Assembly: GCF_030144855.1 (NCBI RefSeq)
Contig: NC_082726.1
Span: 15,066,001-15,130,000, forward strand
DNA length: 64,000 nt
Direction: 5' to 3'
From: Hypanus sabinus
Lineage: Eukaryota
Shown: positions 22,150-35,693 of the stretch, piece after piece
Numbering within the stretch: the stretch's first letter is position 1
How the letters are laid out: every line of letters begins with the position of its first letter
Program-made: the position numbers and the translations under genes
The notes under the pieces: generated by a model
The model's database searches: none
What the model saw: the letters and a program-made list of their open reading frames with translations, nothing else
Told to the model about the DNA's origin: nothing

Positions 22150-24790
22150 GTCTTGAACCAATGGTGAGGACCATGAATGTGTGGTCAAGGGAAGTGGAAG
22201 CTCGTTTACAAGACTGATTTGAGTCAGAGCACCAGACAACACTCAAGGATTCGTCTATGAATCTGAATGAATATGCCACAGTTGTCACTGACTTCATCGA
22301 GGCCTGTGAATGAGTGTGTGCCTTTAAGAACATAACTAACATACCAAAACCAAAAGCAGTGGATGAACCAGGAAATTTTCAGTCCGTTGAGGGCGAGATC
22401 CTTGATGTTCGAGACTGGTGATCCAGAATTAAGCAAGAAGTCCAGGTACGACCTATAGAAGGCAGAAAAACAATTCCGATTGAAATTAGGAGACGGAATC
22501 GGATGCTCATCAGCTCTGGCTAGATTTGCAGGCCAATACTTCCTACAAGGTGATTCCTAACATCATGAACGCCTGTGATGCCTCACTCCAAGATGAGCAC
22601 AATGCCTTTTATGCACGCTTTGAAGGGAGAATAAAACTACACCTGTGCAAATCCGTGCAGCATTTGGTGACCCTCTGATCTCTGTCTTGGAGACCGACTT
22701 AAGAACATCTTTCAAGAGGGTGAACCCTCACAATGTGTCAGGCCCCAATAACGTATGTGGTAGGGCTCTGAAAACAAGTGCCAACCAAATGGTAGGGTCG
22801 TACAAGGATATCTTTAATCTCTCACTACTGCATTTGGAGACTCCCGCTTGCTTTGAAAGGCTTCAAGTGCCTAAGAAGCTGCCTCAATGACTATCACCCA
22901 GTTGCACTCACAACTATTGTGAAGAAGTGCTTTGAGAGGTTGATCATGGCCAGAATTAACTCCTGCCTGAGCAAGGACCTGGACCCACTGCAATTTGCTA
23001 TTGCCACAATAGGTTTACATCAGATGCAGTCTCACTGTCTCTCCACTTGGATGACCTGAACAACAGCAAGACCTACATTAGGCGTTCATCATACCCTCAG
23101 TACTAATCAACATTTGTGGGTGGAGCTAAGGAGACAATGGCGCCTAACAGCAACTCCTTTGCTTGCATTTTTGGAAACAGCTCTATTTCTATCTTTAATA
23201 TCTCTATTTTTCCCTTTCAGGGTTCTTTTGAAGAACCTGACCTGGAGTTACATGCTGACTTCGGTTCTTTGCGGGAATGGGACCCGCTCTTGTGGTCTCA
23301 CAACTGGCCGTTATTCGCTATACCAAGGACGCGGCCTAGAAGATTAGCGCACCTTTAGAATTCCGGGATTTCGTGGCTCTGGAGACGGGCAGACTCGAGG
23401 TCGGTGCCTCTGCAGGGAATCGGTGTGTCGTGGGAGATGGGAGATTGAAAGCTGCATGCTGGCTGTGTGCCCAGAGACTCGAGTCCTTTGGGCATAGAGC
23501 TCGGAAAAAGCGACGCAACAGACTTTTAACATCGTAAAGCAGCGAGTCGTTTATTATGTCTCCTCTCTCGCTGTGAAATGGGGACACTTCTTTTTCCCTT
23601 ATTAGGGAGAAAGAGAGCCTGTGTTATGTCAAATTACCAGGTGAACAAGTAGTCTTTGGCGTACTGAAAATCTGTGTCTTTATTGATGTTTTGCTGCACA
23701 CTTGAGTGCTCATGGGGGGCACATATGCTTTTCTACTGGTGGGAGGGGGAGATCGTTGCTTTGCTGCTGCTTATGCATGGGAGGACGGAGCTGGGGTTCT
23801 AACATTTAACTGTCATTCATTCTTTGGGGCACTTCTCTGTTTTCATGGATGGTTGCAAAGAAAAGGCATTTCAAAATGTATATTGTATGCATTTCTCTGA
23901 CACTAAATGTACCTTTGAAACCTTTGAAACTTCGAAACCTAGGCCTCTGTACCTCCCTCTGCAAATGGATCCTTGTCTTCCTCATTGGGAGACCACAGTC
24001 TGTGCAAATCAGAAGTAATATCTCTTCGCTGACAGTCAACACCAGCGAAGCTCAAGGATGTGTACTTAGACCACTGCTTTACTCTCTCCCCTACACCCAT
24101 GATTGTGTGATAGTCAGAGCTGAAATACCATCTATGTTTGCTGATGCTGACTGTTTGTTGTTGGTAGAATGACAAGAGGGCACACAGGAGTGAGATAGAT
24201 CAGCTGGCTGAATGGTTCCCAACCACTTTACACTCAATGCCAATAAGATCAAGGGATTGATTGTGGACTTCAGGAAGGGGAAGTCAAGGGATCACGCACC
24301 AGTCCTCATCAAGGTATCAACAATGAAAAGGGTGAGCAGTTTCAAGTTCCTGGGTGTCAACATCTCTGAACACCTATCTTAGACCCAACATACTGATGCA
24401 ATTACAAAGAAGAAATAACAACAGTTTTATTTCATTTGGAGTACCAAATATTCTAGCAGATTTCTACAGATGTACTGTGGAGTGTATTCTAACTGATTGC
24501 ATCACACCTGGTATGGAGGGACCATTGCAAATTCAAATTCAGTTAGCACCAACATGGGTACTAGCCTCCCCAGTTTGAGGACATCTTCAAAAGGTGATGC
24601 TTCGAAAGCTGGCATCCATCATTAAGACTCCCATCACCCAGGTCATGCTCTCTTTGCTATCACCAGGGAGGAGGTACAGGAGCTTGAAAACACTCACTCA
24701 ATGCTTTAAGAACAATTTCTTCCACTCTGCCATCAGATTTCTGAACAGGCAATGAGCCAATCCATGAACACTACTTCACTATTATTTTTG
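22150..24790 (+). mobile_element. Rex1/Babar-type LINE ORF2 remnant, split by a nested insertion
   Basis: [22 protein letters not shown]...LDPLQFA before the insertion; [18 protein letters not shown]...[13 protein letters not shown]...FADAD after it. Confidence 0.85.
23113..23930 (+). mobile_element. SINE-like non-autonomous element nested in the Rex1-type LINE
   Basis: CpG-rich, non-coding, tail cctttgaaacctttgaaac; interrupts contiguous RT sequence. A diverged antisense relative lies at 36525-36970. Confidence 0.65.
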
Positions 24791-24839
24791 CTCACTTTTA
24801 GCACTGCTTATTTCTACACCTTCTGATCATATGTCACCT

Positions 24840-25305
24840 CCTTCTAATGATTTGATTTCATTTTTACCAATAGAGCCACCCCATCCCCTCTGCCTACCTG
24901 TCTGTCCTTTCGATACAATGTTTATCCTTAGATGTTAAGCTCCCAGCTATAATCTTCTTTCAGCCATGATTCAGTGATGCCCACAATGTCATACATGCTG
25001 ATCTGTAACTGCGCTACGTTCATCTATCTTATTCCATATACTGTGTGCATTCAAATATAATACCTTCAGCCCTGTATTCATCATCCTTTTCAATTTTGTT
25101 CCCCTTTTACATTGCAGCTCATCCTGTTGACTGCAAATTTGCCCTATCATCAGCCTCTCCTTGCAAGCAGTCTCACTGCACACTGTCTCAGTTTGTAAAC
25201 TAACCACTCCATTGTCGGTACCATCACTCCAGTTCCTGTCCCCCTGCCAAGTTAGTCGAAACCCTCCTGGTCAGTTTCAGCAAAGCTGCCCACGAGGATA
25301 TTGGA
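24840..25305 (-). mobile_element. CR1 LINE fragment (start of the APE endonuclease domain)
   Basis: Minus-strand translation GLKVLYLNAHSIWNKIDE, typical of the CR1 ORF2 N-terminus. Confidence 0.7.
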
Positions 25306-26241
25306 GGCTAAGTGGAGTGCCACTGCAGTATACTGGCTAAGAATTGTTATGCAAACATTAGGGATAAAATCTTCCTGGACTGTTGTAAATTTTATGCAGT
25401 AATTTTGTGTGCTAAACTAGTGGAGTGATCCTTTTAGACTGGGTGATGTTTTAAGGTTGTAACCATGTTTTTATATTAACTAAGCGAGGTTTTGAATACT
25501 AAGTGTATTGCCTTGGGGTAGTTCATCCTATCTAATCTATTTTCATTTCTGATTTGTGATTGATCATTGTGAGTCAGGAGATTTAGTTGCCTACATTAGG
25601 TATGTACCTTAACTGTACAGCAGTGCAATAATCAGAAAAATAAATGCATTTGTAGTGATACTGCTGAAATCTGGTCTCACTACTTCATTCCTTTGAGGAG
25701 AATTGGTATGCCACCAAGGACACTCACAAATTTATACAGGACTACCTTGAAAAGCAATCTAACTGGTTGCATAACCATCTAGAATGGAGGAGCCACTGCA
25801 CAGCATTGGAAAAGCTATAGAAAGATGTAAACTCTGCCAGTTCCATCAAAGGTACTAGTCTCCCCAGCATCCAGGACACCTCAAAATGCGATGCCTCAAA
25901 AAGGCGGCATCCATCATTAAGGACCCCGCCCCCCCCAATCACCCGGGACATGCTCTTTTTTCATTGCTACCATCAAGCAGAAAATGCAGGAGCCTGAAGA
26001 CATACACTTAACATATGAGGAACAGCTTCTTCCTATATATATATATATATATATAGTACTTACTGTAATTTATAGTTTTTATGTTATGTGTTGCACTGTA
26101 CTGTTGCTGCAAAACAACAGATTTCACAACATATGCCAATACTATTAAACCTGGTTCTGATTTATTAATAGAGTTGTGTTCTGCTCATTTTGTTGCTTAG
26201 CAGAAACCCTAATTGGAGTTAACAGCCTCTAATAGATTACA

Positions 26242-27658
26242 TGCTTGACATCAGTGGTTGGGAAGTTGTTTGCTTGAGATTGGTGGTTGGGAAGTTGTTG
26301 GAGTCGATTGTCAAGGATGAGGTTACGGAGTACCTGGAGGCATATGACAAGATAGGCAGAATTCAGCATGGTTTTCTTAAAGGAAAATCCTGCCTGACAA
26401 ACCTAGTGCAATTTTTTGAGGAAAAATTACAAGTAGGCTAGACAAGGGAGATGCGGTGGATGTTGTGTATTTGGATTTTCAGAAGACCTTTGACAAGGTG
26501 CTGCACATGAGGCTGCTAAACAAGATAAGAGCCCATGGAATTACGGGAAAGTTAAATACGTGGATAAAGTGTTGGTTGATTGGCAGGAAACAGAGAATGG
26601 GAATAAAGGGATCCCATTCTGGTTGGCTGCCAGTTACCAGTGATGTTCCACAGGGGTCCTTGATGGGGCTGCTTCTTTGTACGTTGTATATCAACTATTT
26701 GGATTATGGAATAGATGGCTTTGTGGCTAAGTTTGCTGATGATACAAAGATAGTTGCAGGGGCTGGTAATCCTGAGGAAACAGAGTCTGCAGAGGGACTT
26801 GGATAGATTGGGGAATGGGCAAAGAAGTGGCAAATGAATTACAGTGTTGGAAAGTGTATGGTCATGCACTTTGGTAGAAGAAATAAACTGGCAATCTATT
26901 ATTTAAATGGGGAGAGAATTCAAAGTTCTGAGGTGCAACGGGACTTGGGAGACCTTGTGCAGGATACCCTTAAGGTTAACCTCCAGGTTGAGTCGGTGGT
27001 GAAGAAGGTGAATGCAATGTTGACATTCATTTCTAGAGGAATAGAGTATAGGAGCAGGGATGTGATGTTGAGGCTCTGTAAGGCACTGGTAAGACCTCAC
27101 TTGGAATACTGTGTGCAGTTTTGGGCTTCTTATTTAAGAAAGGATGTGCTGACATTGGAGAGGGTTCAGAGAAGATTCACTAGAATGATTCCAGGAATGA
27201 GAAGGTTAACATATGAGGAACATATGACCACTCTTGGACTGTACTCCTTGGAGTTTAGAAGAATGAGGGGAGACCTCATAGATACATTTCAAATATTGAA
27301 AGGCATGGACAAAGTGGATGTGGCAAAGTTGTTTCCCATGGTGGGGGAGTCTAGTATGAGAGGACATGACTTGAGGATTGCAGGGCACCCATTCAGAACA
27401 GAGATACGAAAAAAAATTTTAGCCAGAGGGTAGTGAATCTATGGAATTTGTTGCCACGGGTGGCAGTAGAGGCCAAGTCATTGGGTGTATTTAAGGCAGA
27501 GATTGATAGGTATCTGAGTAGTCAGGGCATCAAAGGTTATGGTGAGAAGGCAGGGGAATGGGGCTAAAGGGGAGATTGGATCAGCTCATGATGAAATGGC
27601 AGAGCAGACTCAATGGGCCGAATGGCCGACTTCTGCTCCTTTGTCTTATGGTCTTATG
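26242..27658 (+). mobile_element. CR1 LINE, 5'-truncated (RT plus 3' end)
   Basis: [53 protein letters not shown]; tail tcttatggtcttatg. Confidence 0.93.
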
Positions 27659-30600
27659 CTATAAAACCTTAAATGTTGAACAGAGAAGAGCAGGGCAGCA
27701 GCAGCAGTCATTGCTGTTTTGTGTATCTTGTAGCTCAGGTCTGCCAAATTGGAGGGAAAGAGATGTTTGATTTTGAGTTAATTTATGATATGTCTATATT
27801 CCAAATGCTTACATTGTCACAAAATTCTTCCTCTTCCTCCTCACCCTCCATCCTCCACATCATCATCTCGTCCCTTCCCACCCATGGGCTCAAGCAGCAT
27901 ATGCTTCCACTCCAATTCTGAGGTAATTGATGAGGCCAACATGGGGATCACAGAATCCTCAGTGATTAGGAGGAATTGCCTAATGGGGCAGGTATGTGGA
28001 GAGTTTGTCAGGTACTGTTCTCCTTCCATTGTTCATGCTGAGCTTCTGTGTGCTAGCAAGTTTCTCAATATCATCCCAAATACTCCTCGAGTTTGAAAGT
28101 TTGTAGGCTTGGGATTCCTGGAAAGCAGTTGACATGTTACATTTTCTCAAAGAGGCTTCAAAACTCCAATAGATACAGGCTTAACCTGTCAACCTTTCTT
28201 TGTTATATTACTCTAGTAAAACTTTCTCTGGATTTCTTTCACTATGGAGATCAATTCTGCAAAGAATACACAAGAGCGATCTCCCCAATACCCATGTAAT
28301 TGAAGATTAACCTTCCCATTTTTTATTTATTTCTGCTAACAATAAGTAAAACAAAATCTGTAGGCATCTTGATATCTTGTTTTATATGCATGTTAACTTT
28401 TCGTGAATTCTTTATTAGGACATCCAGACGCATCTGCATCTTAGAATGCTGCAAAACCTCACCATTTAAGTATGTTTTTTTATCTGGGCAATTTTGCAGT
28501 TCATGCTCCATTAGCCAGGTCTTTGCATGCCCAATAATGTATCTGTATCCATTTAAATCTCTTTACATTCATTCTTTCTCAACTTGGTTTCCTGTCTACT
28601 TTTGAATCACTAGTAAATATAGCAATTATATTTTCAGTGCCACCTTCCATTGTTTCGTAGTAATATCTAGCCTAAATTTCAGCAGCACTTCATTTGATGG
28701 ACTTTTTTTGGCAAGTAAAACATACAGGATGGACGCAGTTGGTATTTATTTTGTGTTTTCAAACACTGCTTAAGAATGTACAATGTACAAAAAGTGGGAG
28801 GAACTCAGCAGGTCAGGCAACGTTTATGGAAGGAAACAAACAATCAGTGCTTTGGGCCATATGGTTGAGTCAATAGTAAGGAAGGCAAATGCAGTGTTAG
28901 CCTTCGTTTTGGGAGGACTAGAATGTAAAAGCAAGAGTGTAATGTTGAGACACTATAATGCATTGGTCAGACCAAATTGGAGTATTGAGAGCCATTTTGG
29001 GCCTCTTATCTAATAAAGGATGTTCCTGACTTGTGCCTTGTAAATCGTGGGGATACTCTGTCAGGAGCTGAGCCCCTTATTGGAAAATAAGCAAACTTAG
29101 ACCTGCTCTTGTATCCATGGTATTTGTGTGGCTGGTTTGGTTGAGTTTCTGGTCAATGTTGACCTGTAGAATATTGATGATTGGATTTGGACATACTAAT
29201 GTAATTGAATGTCAAAGATAGGTGGTCTGATTCTCTCTTTACAACTGCCAAGTGGTCTTTTATATCTGCCTGAGAGGGCAGAAACCTTCCATTTTCCTCC
29301 CTTGTTCTTTCAGACTCAGAGGGATTTTTTGGTTTATAAGAAAATGCCTTTCAGTTTGAAATTTATTGAAGGCAGCAAACATGACCAAATAACATAGTAT
29401 TAATTGTAGTTGGGACTTTGGCAATCTCACCCCTGTAGTGGAAGCAGATAGTTTCCATTTTGTTTTAAAAGAAAGGAAGCACAAATTGTGTTTCAAGACT
29501 GATCTGCAGAAGTAATGTGTTTCTATTTATAAAGTCCAAATGATCATTTGTGTTGAAATACATATGACTTGGCCCTGACTCCATATGCCCTTGTTCAAGG
29601 GAATATCAGAGATTAGGTTTTCTAAACGCAGCTGAAAAAATAGATTTAATTTGGAAATAGTTTTTGAAATCAGGAATATAATAAACTGAGTTTGTGATTA
29701 AATCTTCTGTGGAATAGCATTTCTGTTTTTTATTATTTTATCTAGAAAGAGTGTGAAACAGACCCCCTTCTGTCCAACAAACTGCACTGCCCAGCAATCC
29801 ACCTATTTCACACTAGCCTAATCACAGGACAGTTTACAATGTCTAATGACATGCCACTCCACCAAAAATGTCTTTTTTTCTTTGTGTACGTAGCATAGGG
29901 TGTAACTCCAGAGAAATAAACGAGTGCTACAGCAAGATTTGAGATGATCAATTGTCTTTCAGTTGATATGTTGAATTAAGGATTCCTCTGCATTCTGGGT
30001 AGATATAAAGGAGTTCAAGGCACTAGGTTGAAGAAGAACTGGTTCATTGGTCATTGTGTCCTAGATAAAAATGTAATCCTTCAGCTAACATTATCTGGTA
30101 TTTGGTCATCAAAATGTTGCTGATGGTGGGTCAAAGAGTCAGAGAATCAAGCAGTAATGGGTCCATCGGCCGTGCAAGTCCACACTGACTGCCCAGTACC
30201 CATAATCACTAACCTTCACTAATCCCCTTTTTGGGATTTGTGTGGTTGACAAAATTTGCAATGGTATATTAACTTACTACATTGGCTGTAATGGTTTTTG
30301 GGCTAAAGATGCAAAGCAGCTATATTAATTTAAATGTTTTAGCTGTTCCTCAATTCTTGCAGCTCAAAGCAATATTTTTAATTGGTAAGGAATGGACAAT
30401 TTTACAACAACTTCATAATGAAAAATGGAGTAGTAACTAGAAGCTTAGTTGTGCAGTTTCATGCTCTTTTCCGCTCTCTTAAGTTTTATAATTTCTTCAA
30501 AATTGTAACTTCAACAAAAAAATTGGAGGCATCTGGATCATATTGTTAAACATTCTGAACCTGCGAAGTTTGTACTATGGTTTAGTTCACGCACTACATT

Positions 30601-30937
30601 CAGTCAGGTCTCTTTCACCTTCAAGAATGTATCTGGATTATTTTCTACAGCTAGGTACAATAGGATACCAGTGTTGTACTTATGGTCAATTGCAACACTT
30701 GAAGAGTCAGGAACAGGAACTGTATAAAACACTGACACAGATCAGTGATAGTCTACCTTCCTGCAGTGGGCTGTTGTTGGAAGTGTTAGTCATGTTTTAA
30801 GTCAACTATCTTTTCTGAGATAGTGGGAATTTGTGCTTGGTGGTTAAGTTAGATAGCACTGGAACAATCCATATAAGGAAGAAGGGAATATATAAATCTG
30901 GATGCAGGGAAAGTGAAATTAATATGTGAGGACCTCT

Positions 30938-30940
30938 GTA

Positions 30941-30986
<46 letters not shown>

Positions 30987-30996
30987 GGGGGGGGTG
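30938..30996. repeat. (TG)n microsatellite followed by a G run
   Basis: About 19 TG units then poly-G. Confidence 0.95.
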
Positions 30997-31822
30997 CTAA
31001 ATACTAGTGCAGATGAATATAGTAGCTTGTTTCTGCTGTGGACTTGATCATTAATACTTCCATAGTAATCTGTCTGTATTAAGATATTTCATCATCTAGA
31101 GCAGTTTGTCTCAATAAAACACTTAAAAAAAAATAAAATCACGGTGCTCTCTGTCGATCTTGGACTTTTACTTGACATTCACTGATGGCAGTAATGTAAG
31201 ATGAGCAGCATCAGATCTCCTTCACATTTAATAAAGTGTTGAGTATGAGTTTTCCCTGATCTCTAATTAATGTAAGTTTGTATCTATGTTTTTGAGCCTT
31301 TGGTTTTAAAAATAGTTCATTGGAAATATATATTCAATAAAGAATTTAAATGTGGTTCATAATAAAATGCAATTTACACTTATCACATGTTATTGATGTG
31401 CACCCAGTCTGGTTTACACTGTTGAGGGCAGCAAATAGAAGTGTTTGAAACTTTGCCTAGCATGCAATTGATGTTTCCGTTGGAAACGATGCAGCAGTGC
31501 CACCCTCAGTCTGAAACAAACTAAAAAGTCCAAATGATGGAAAAACTCAACATTGTCAGAAAGCATTAATACAAAGAGAAACAGAATTAACATTTTGTAC
31601 TAAAGTATTTTATTTTGACAATGCATTCCAGCATAGCAAAAATATACTTTCTTTTTATATTTAATTTCTGTTAAGTGTTTGGTCATTTAAATGTACAATT
31701 TTCTCCTCTGTCTGGGGATGATAACTTCAGAGGTGTTGAAGCCATCATGGAAAGAGAATGCGCGGTCTTCACTCTCAATTTTTCCATCTTCAAATGTAAT
31801 CAAATTTTATTTTCCATTCTAG

Positions 31823-31883
31823 ATCCTCTGCATTTCTGTGAAAATTTGCAGAGCCTCAATTTGGCAGGAAACCTAATCAGCAG
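31823..31883 (+). CDS. LRRC61: LRRC61 coding exon 4
   Basis: ttctag / GTGAGT. Encodes DPLHFCENLQSLNLAGNLIS (human EPLATCENLQSLNAAGNLLA). Confidence 0.93.
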
Positions 31884-31997
31884 GTGAGTGTGTAAAAGTT
31901 GTTTGCAGTCCCTATTTGACAGAAATTGCTTGTTTTAGCAGTTGTAAGTTTTTTAAATATATCGAGCCAATTTTTGTATATCTGCACTGCTCTTTAG

Positions 31998-32083
31998 TGC
32001 TGATGTCCTCCGCTCAATAACCCAGCTGAAGAAACTAGATACGATTCGATTGAAAGATGCAGTTTCCGGTTTTAGTAATCCAG
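31998..32083 (+). CDS. LRRC61: LRRC61 coding exon 5
   Basis: ctttag / GTAACT, phase 2 to phase 1. Encodes (S)ADVLRSITQLKKLDTIRLKDAVSGFSNP. Confidence 0.9.
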
Positions 32084-32832
32084 GTAACTCATTATCTTTG
32101 CTGTGACTCAGTTCATATTGAAACCTTTCAAGTCAAAAGGATTTGGATCTGAGCCCTTCAATAGAGATTTGACAGTAAAACTTAGACTAATATTCCACAG
32201 TAATGAGAGCAATAATATGGTAAATTTGGAATTTCAGAGATGAGATAATAAACTGAATAAGTTGTCATATCCCTCCTAATGGCTGCAAAATCCCACAATA
32301 CTACCTCAAGTGAATTCTTTTGGATGCTAAAGCTATTCATTCATTAATTCACATTACTGAAGGCATTTATCACACTGATATTTATGAGATCCTGTGTATA
32401 AACTGGATTTGTGTTTTCCTTTATCCCATTGCACATAAAGCACTTGGGAACACCCAAGATTGTAATTCTGTTCATCCTTGAAGGCAGTATGATAATTAGA
32501 TGAGAATTAGATTAATTTCTGGCTTGGGTAAATTGCAGATCTGCATTAGTGCAAAGGCATAGAATAAATCATATGTTTTCTATTATTTCTGGTGTATCTT
32601 GGTAATGTTACAAGGTTAAATAAAGGGCAAATTAATTTAAAGGTATTTGATCACCATGTAATGCTTCTTGTAGGTGCAGTATATACTTTATGTGAAATGT
32701 TAAAATACTTTTATAGGTCAGCATAATTGCTGCCTCAGAGTTAACGCTCTTATAACACTGTAACACATGGAGCATACATAACAAATACAAATATTTCTGC
32801 AGAAAAATGTGACTTAAAGTCTTTGTTTTCAG

Positions 32833-32898
32833 TGTGTATGAATACATCATATTCGAGCACAGTGTTGGACATGTTCCCAAACATAAAAGTATTAGATG
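32833..32898 (+). CDS. LRRC61: LRRC61 coding exon 6 (LRRcap-like)
   Basis: ttttcag / GTGAGT. Encodes VCMNTSYSSTVLDMFPNIKVLD, completing the NPxC...Y...PxLKxLDG cap motif. Confidence 0.92.
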
Positions 32899-34555
32899 GT
32901 GAGTAACTTGAACAATTGAGAAATTGAAGTTTCTCTTTTGAGAAATTGAGATTGAGATACTGGCACAGATCTTCCCCAATACCGACATGAGTGCTAGAGT
33001 TTATCTGTACATCCCCATTGAAATGCAGATTTCTATCACTGGTATCAGACTGAAGATTAGGCATCATTTTCTGCCTTGCCACAGTCACCACTGGCTACTC
33101 CTTTTGACTCATCTAAAGTCCCAACAATACAGCACAGTTACATGCAGGCTTCTTGACTCTTTGTGCTGGAAAACCTGTCTGCTGACCATGCACAACAATT
33201 CCCATTCAAGTGACTGAGAGACACTTGATGTAGGGCAAAAGGTACTATATTTTTTGTTTTTATTTAAGTGTTAATCACTTTTAAATTTAGTATATAAATA
33301 TAATTTCAAATGCATATCAGATTTTAACTTTTTTTAAATGTCCTGATGTTCACAGAATTGCAGAATGGTTACAGCACTAATGGAGGCCATATAGCCTACT
33401 GCATCCTCACTATTCTTTGTGAAACAAATCCAGCTAATCCCACTCCCCTTAACATTGCAGTTTCTTTCCTTCCAGTTATCTGTTCGGTTACTCTTTGAAA
33501 AGTACAGTTGAATCAAATTCTGGTGGTACATTCCAAACCCTAACCACTTGTTGTATGTACATAAAAGCAAAGATTCTCTTAGTGGTTCTTTTGTCGGTCA
33601 TACCCTATGGCTCAGTGCCCTTTCATGAGAGGGAATAGTTTCTCTCTGTCTATCTCATCCTGATTTTAAATATTGCTGTCAAATCCCCTTGAAACTCTTT
33701 AGTTCCAAGAAGAACCAGAGATAAAGGAAAGTCTGGTGCCATATTTCTGGTACTAGTATGGAAATGGAGTCAGGAAGAATTGAACACTCTTCATCAAAAT
33801 CATTAACATAAGTTGCAAATAGTTGAAGTCCCAACATTAATCCCCCCCCCACTGCACCACATTAATTGATTGCCAATCTGTAAATGATTTGTTTATCTCA
33901 ACTATTTTCTGTAGTTGACCATTTCATTATCTATGACAATGTATAACCTACAACTTAATAATTCTTGTGCACTGACCTCTAATGTAGCTGTTGTCAAATG
34001 TTTTCCTAGAAATCTAAAACCACTGTATCGACTTAAGTCCATTATATCACCATTTGTTACATCCCTAATTCAGAATTTAGAAAACTGATTAGATTGTCCT
34101 TTTAAAATCCGCTATCCGCTAACATACCCTATTGGTCAACTGACATCTTACATCTTTCTTCAAACAAGCTTCTACTTGACAGTGATCCTTACTATTTTCT
34201 GAAGTTGCTCACTGTATTGCAAGGTGAAAGAATATTCTACTAATTTTAAAACAAATTTGTATATTTTCTCTATTTAATGCTCAGTTCTTCTTGACCCTGT
34301 TTTCTGATTGGTGTTAAAAATGCAGCCCCAAACTTTCTTTTCCTTTGTCATTTGTCTTTCATTACATTGAGGGACGACTTGTTGCTGAATGTCTTCCTAT
34401 AGCAGTGTGATCAGCATGGAATCTGATGGATGAAAATCAGGACCTGAACAGTAAGCTGGGATGCTAGTGATTTTATTGTAAATGAATTCTCAGTTATTAA
34501 GATGTTGCTGGTGCAGTTCTTGTAAAAGAACTTATCTTTAACATTGAGCAAATCT

Positions 34556-35480
34556 AATAAACTTGGGCTTCCAGCTGGGTTACAGGTATCAAGTATAACC
34601 TTGTTGATAGACCTTCTTCAGGGATGATGCCAGGATATGACTAGACTATTTATACCCCTGTAGTCTGTCCCTCCTGATTGGTTAGTCCTCATCCAATCAG
34701 GTTTCCACTCTCCATCTTGCTTACAATTGAATTCCAGTTCTTACTTAGAGCAAGACCATCATCTTTGTTAAAATTCTTTTATGTAGTTTTAATTCAATGG
34801 CTTCCTTTACCAAAAGCTATTGTTACGGCACAGTAGTTGGAACAATTGCCAGGATCCTGAAGAAATACCGGATTAATACTGACCACAAACCTGTAAGGAA
34901 GCTCAAGTCTCAGCTTATGCGGGTCAAAGATGAGCTGGGACTTGGGTTGGCTGGTGTTTACAGGATTTTCTGTGAACGTGGAGCAGCGTATATCAGCCAG
35001 ATGGGACGCACGATGGAAACATGCATCAAGGCGCACAGGAGCTCCATCTGCTTGGGATCCCCAGAGAAATCGGAGGTAGCAGAACACTGCATTCACAATG
35101 GCCATAGGATTGATTTTGACAACACAAAACTCTTGTGCTGCACCAATGGCTTTGGGGCCGCCCGATAGAGGAAGCCATTGAAATAAAACTAGAGGAAAAG
35201 AATTTTTACAGAGGTGATAATCTCACTCTAGGTAAGAACTGGAATTCAATTGTAAACAAGGTGGGAGAGTGGAAACCTAACTGAATGAGAACTGACCAAT
35301 CAGGAGGGACAGACTGTGGGGATATAAATACCACTGGTCAAGATATACCCAGGTACCATCCCTGAAGAAGATGGCAGAGTCTGTCATTGAAACATCAGTT
35401 ATAATTGATACCTGTAACTGGCTGGAAGTCCAAGAAGAGTTTATTCATCATATATGCCAGGAAAGTAGTAGATTGTTTTT
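34556..35480 (+). mobile_element. Penelope-like element, 5'-truncated, GIY-YIG domain flanked by inverted pLTRs
   Basis: ORF 34797-35168 has GVYRIFCERGAAYISQMGRT...SEVAEHC. 34556-34806 is the reverse complement of about 35169-35445. Degenerate TSD CATTGAGCAAATCT / CATTGAGAAAATTT. Confidence 0.9.
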
Positions 35481-35624
35481 CATTGAGAAAATTTGTTAAT
35501 TGTGTAATGTTTGTTTTGTATTACCACATACTATCAACAAGTATTACAATGATATTAATTGTCTTTCCATGTATTTATTTCTAATAAATGAAAAGAATCA
35601 TAATTGTTTTTGTTTCATTCACAG

Positions 35625-35693
35625 GAGAGAGGGTGATGGGTAAGGGCAGTGATTTGTACCGACTGTGTAAAGACATTGACAGCTCTTTGAAAG
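35625..35693 (+). CDS. LRRC61: LRRC61 coding exon 7
   Basis: cacag / GTTTGA. Encodes GERVMGKGSDLYRLCKDIDSSLK (human GERVIGRGSEFYQLCRDLDSSL). Confidence 0.93.

Noticed and set aside
26456-27433. RT-like ORFs as an active retroelement or retron-type system
   Set aside because: 5'-truncated, frameshifted CR1 copy with no ORF1 or endonuclease.
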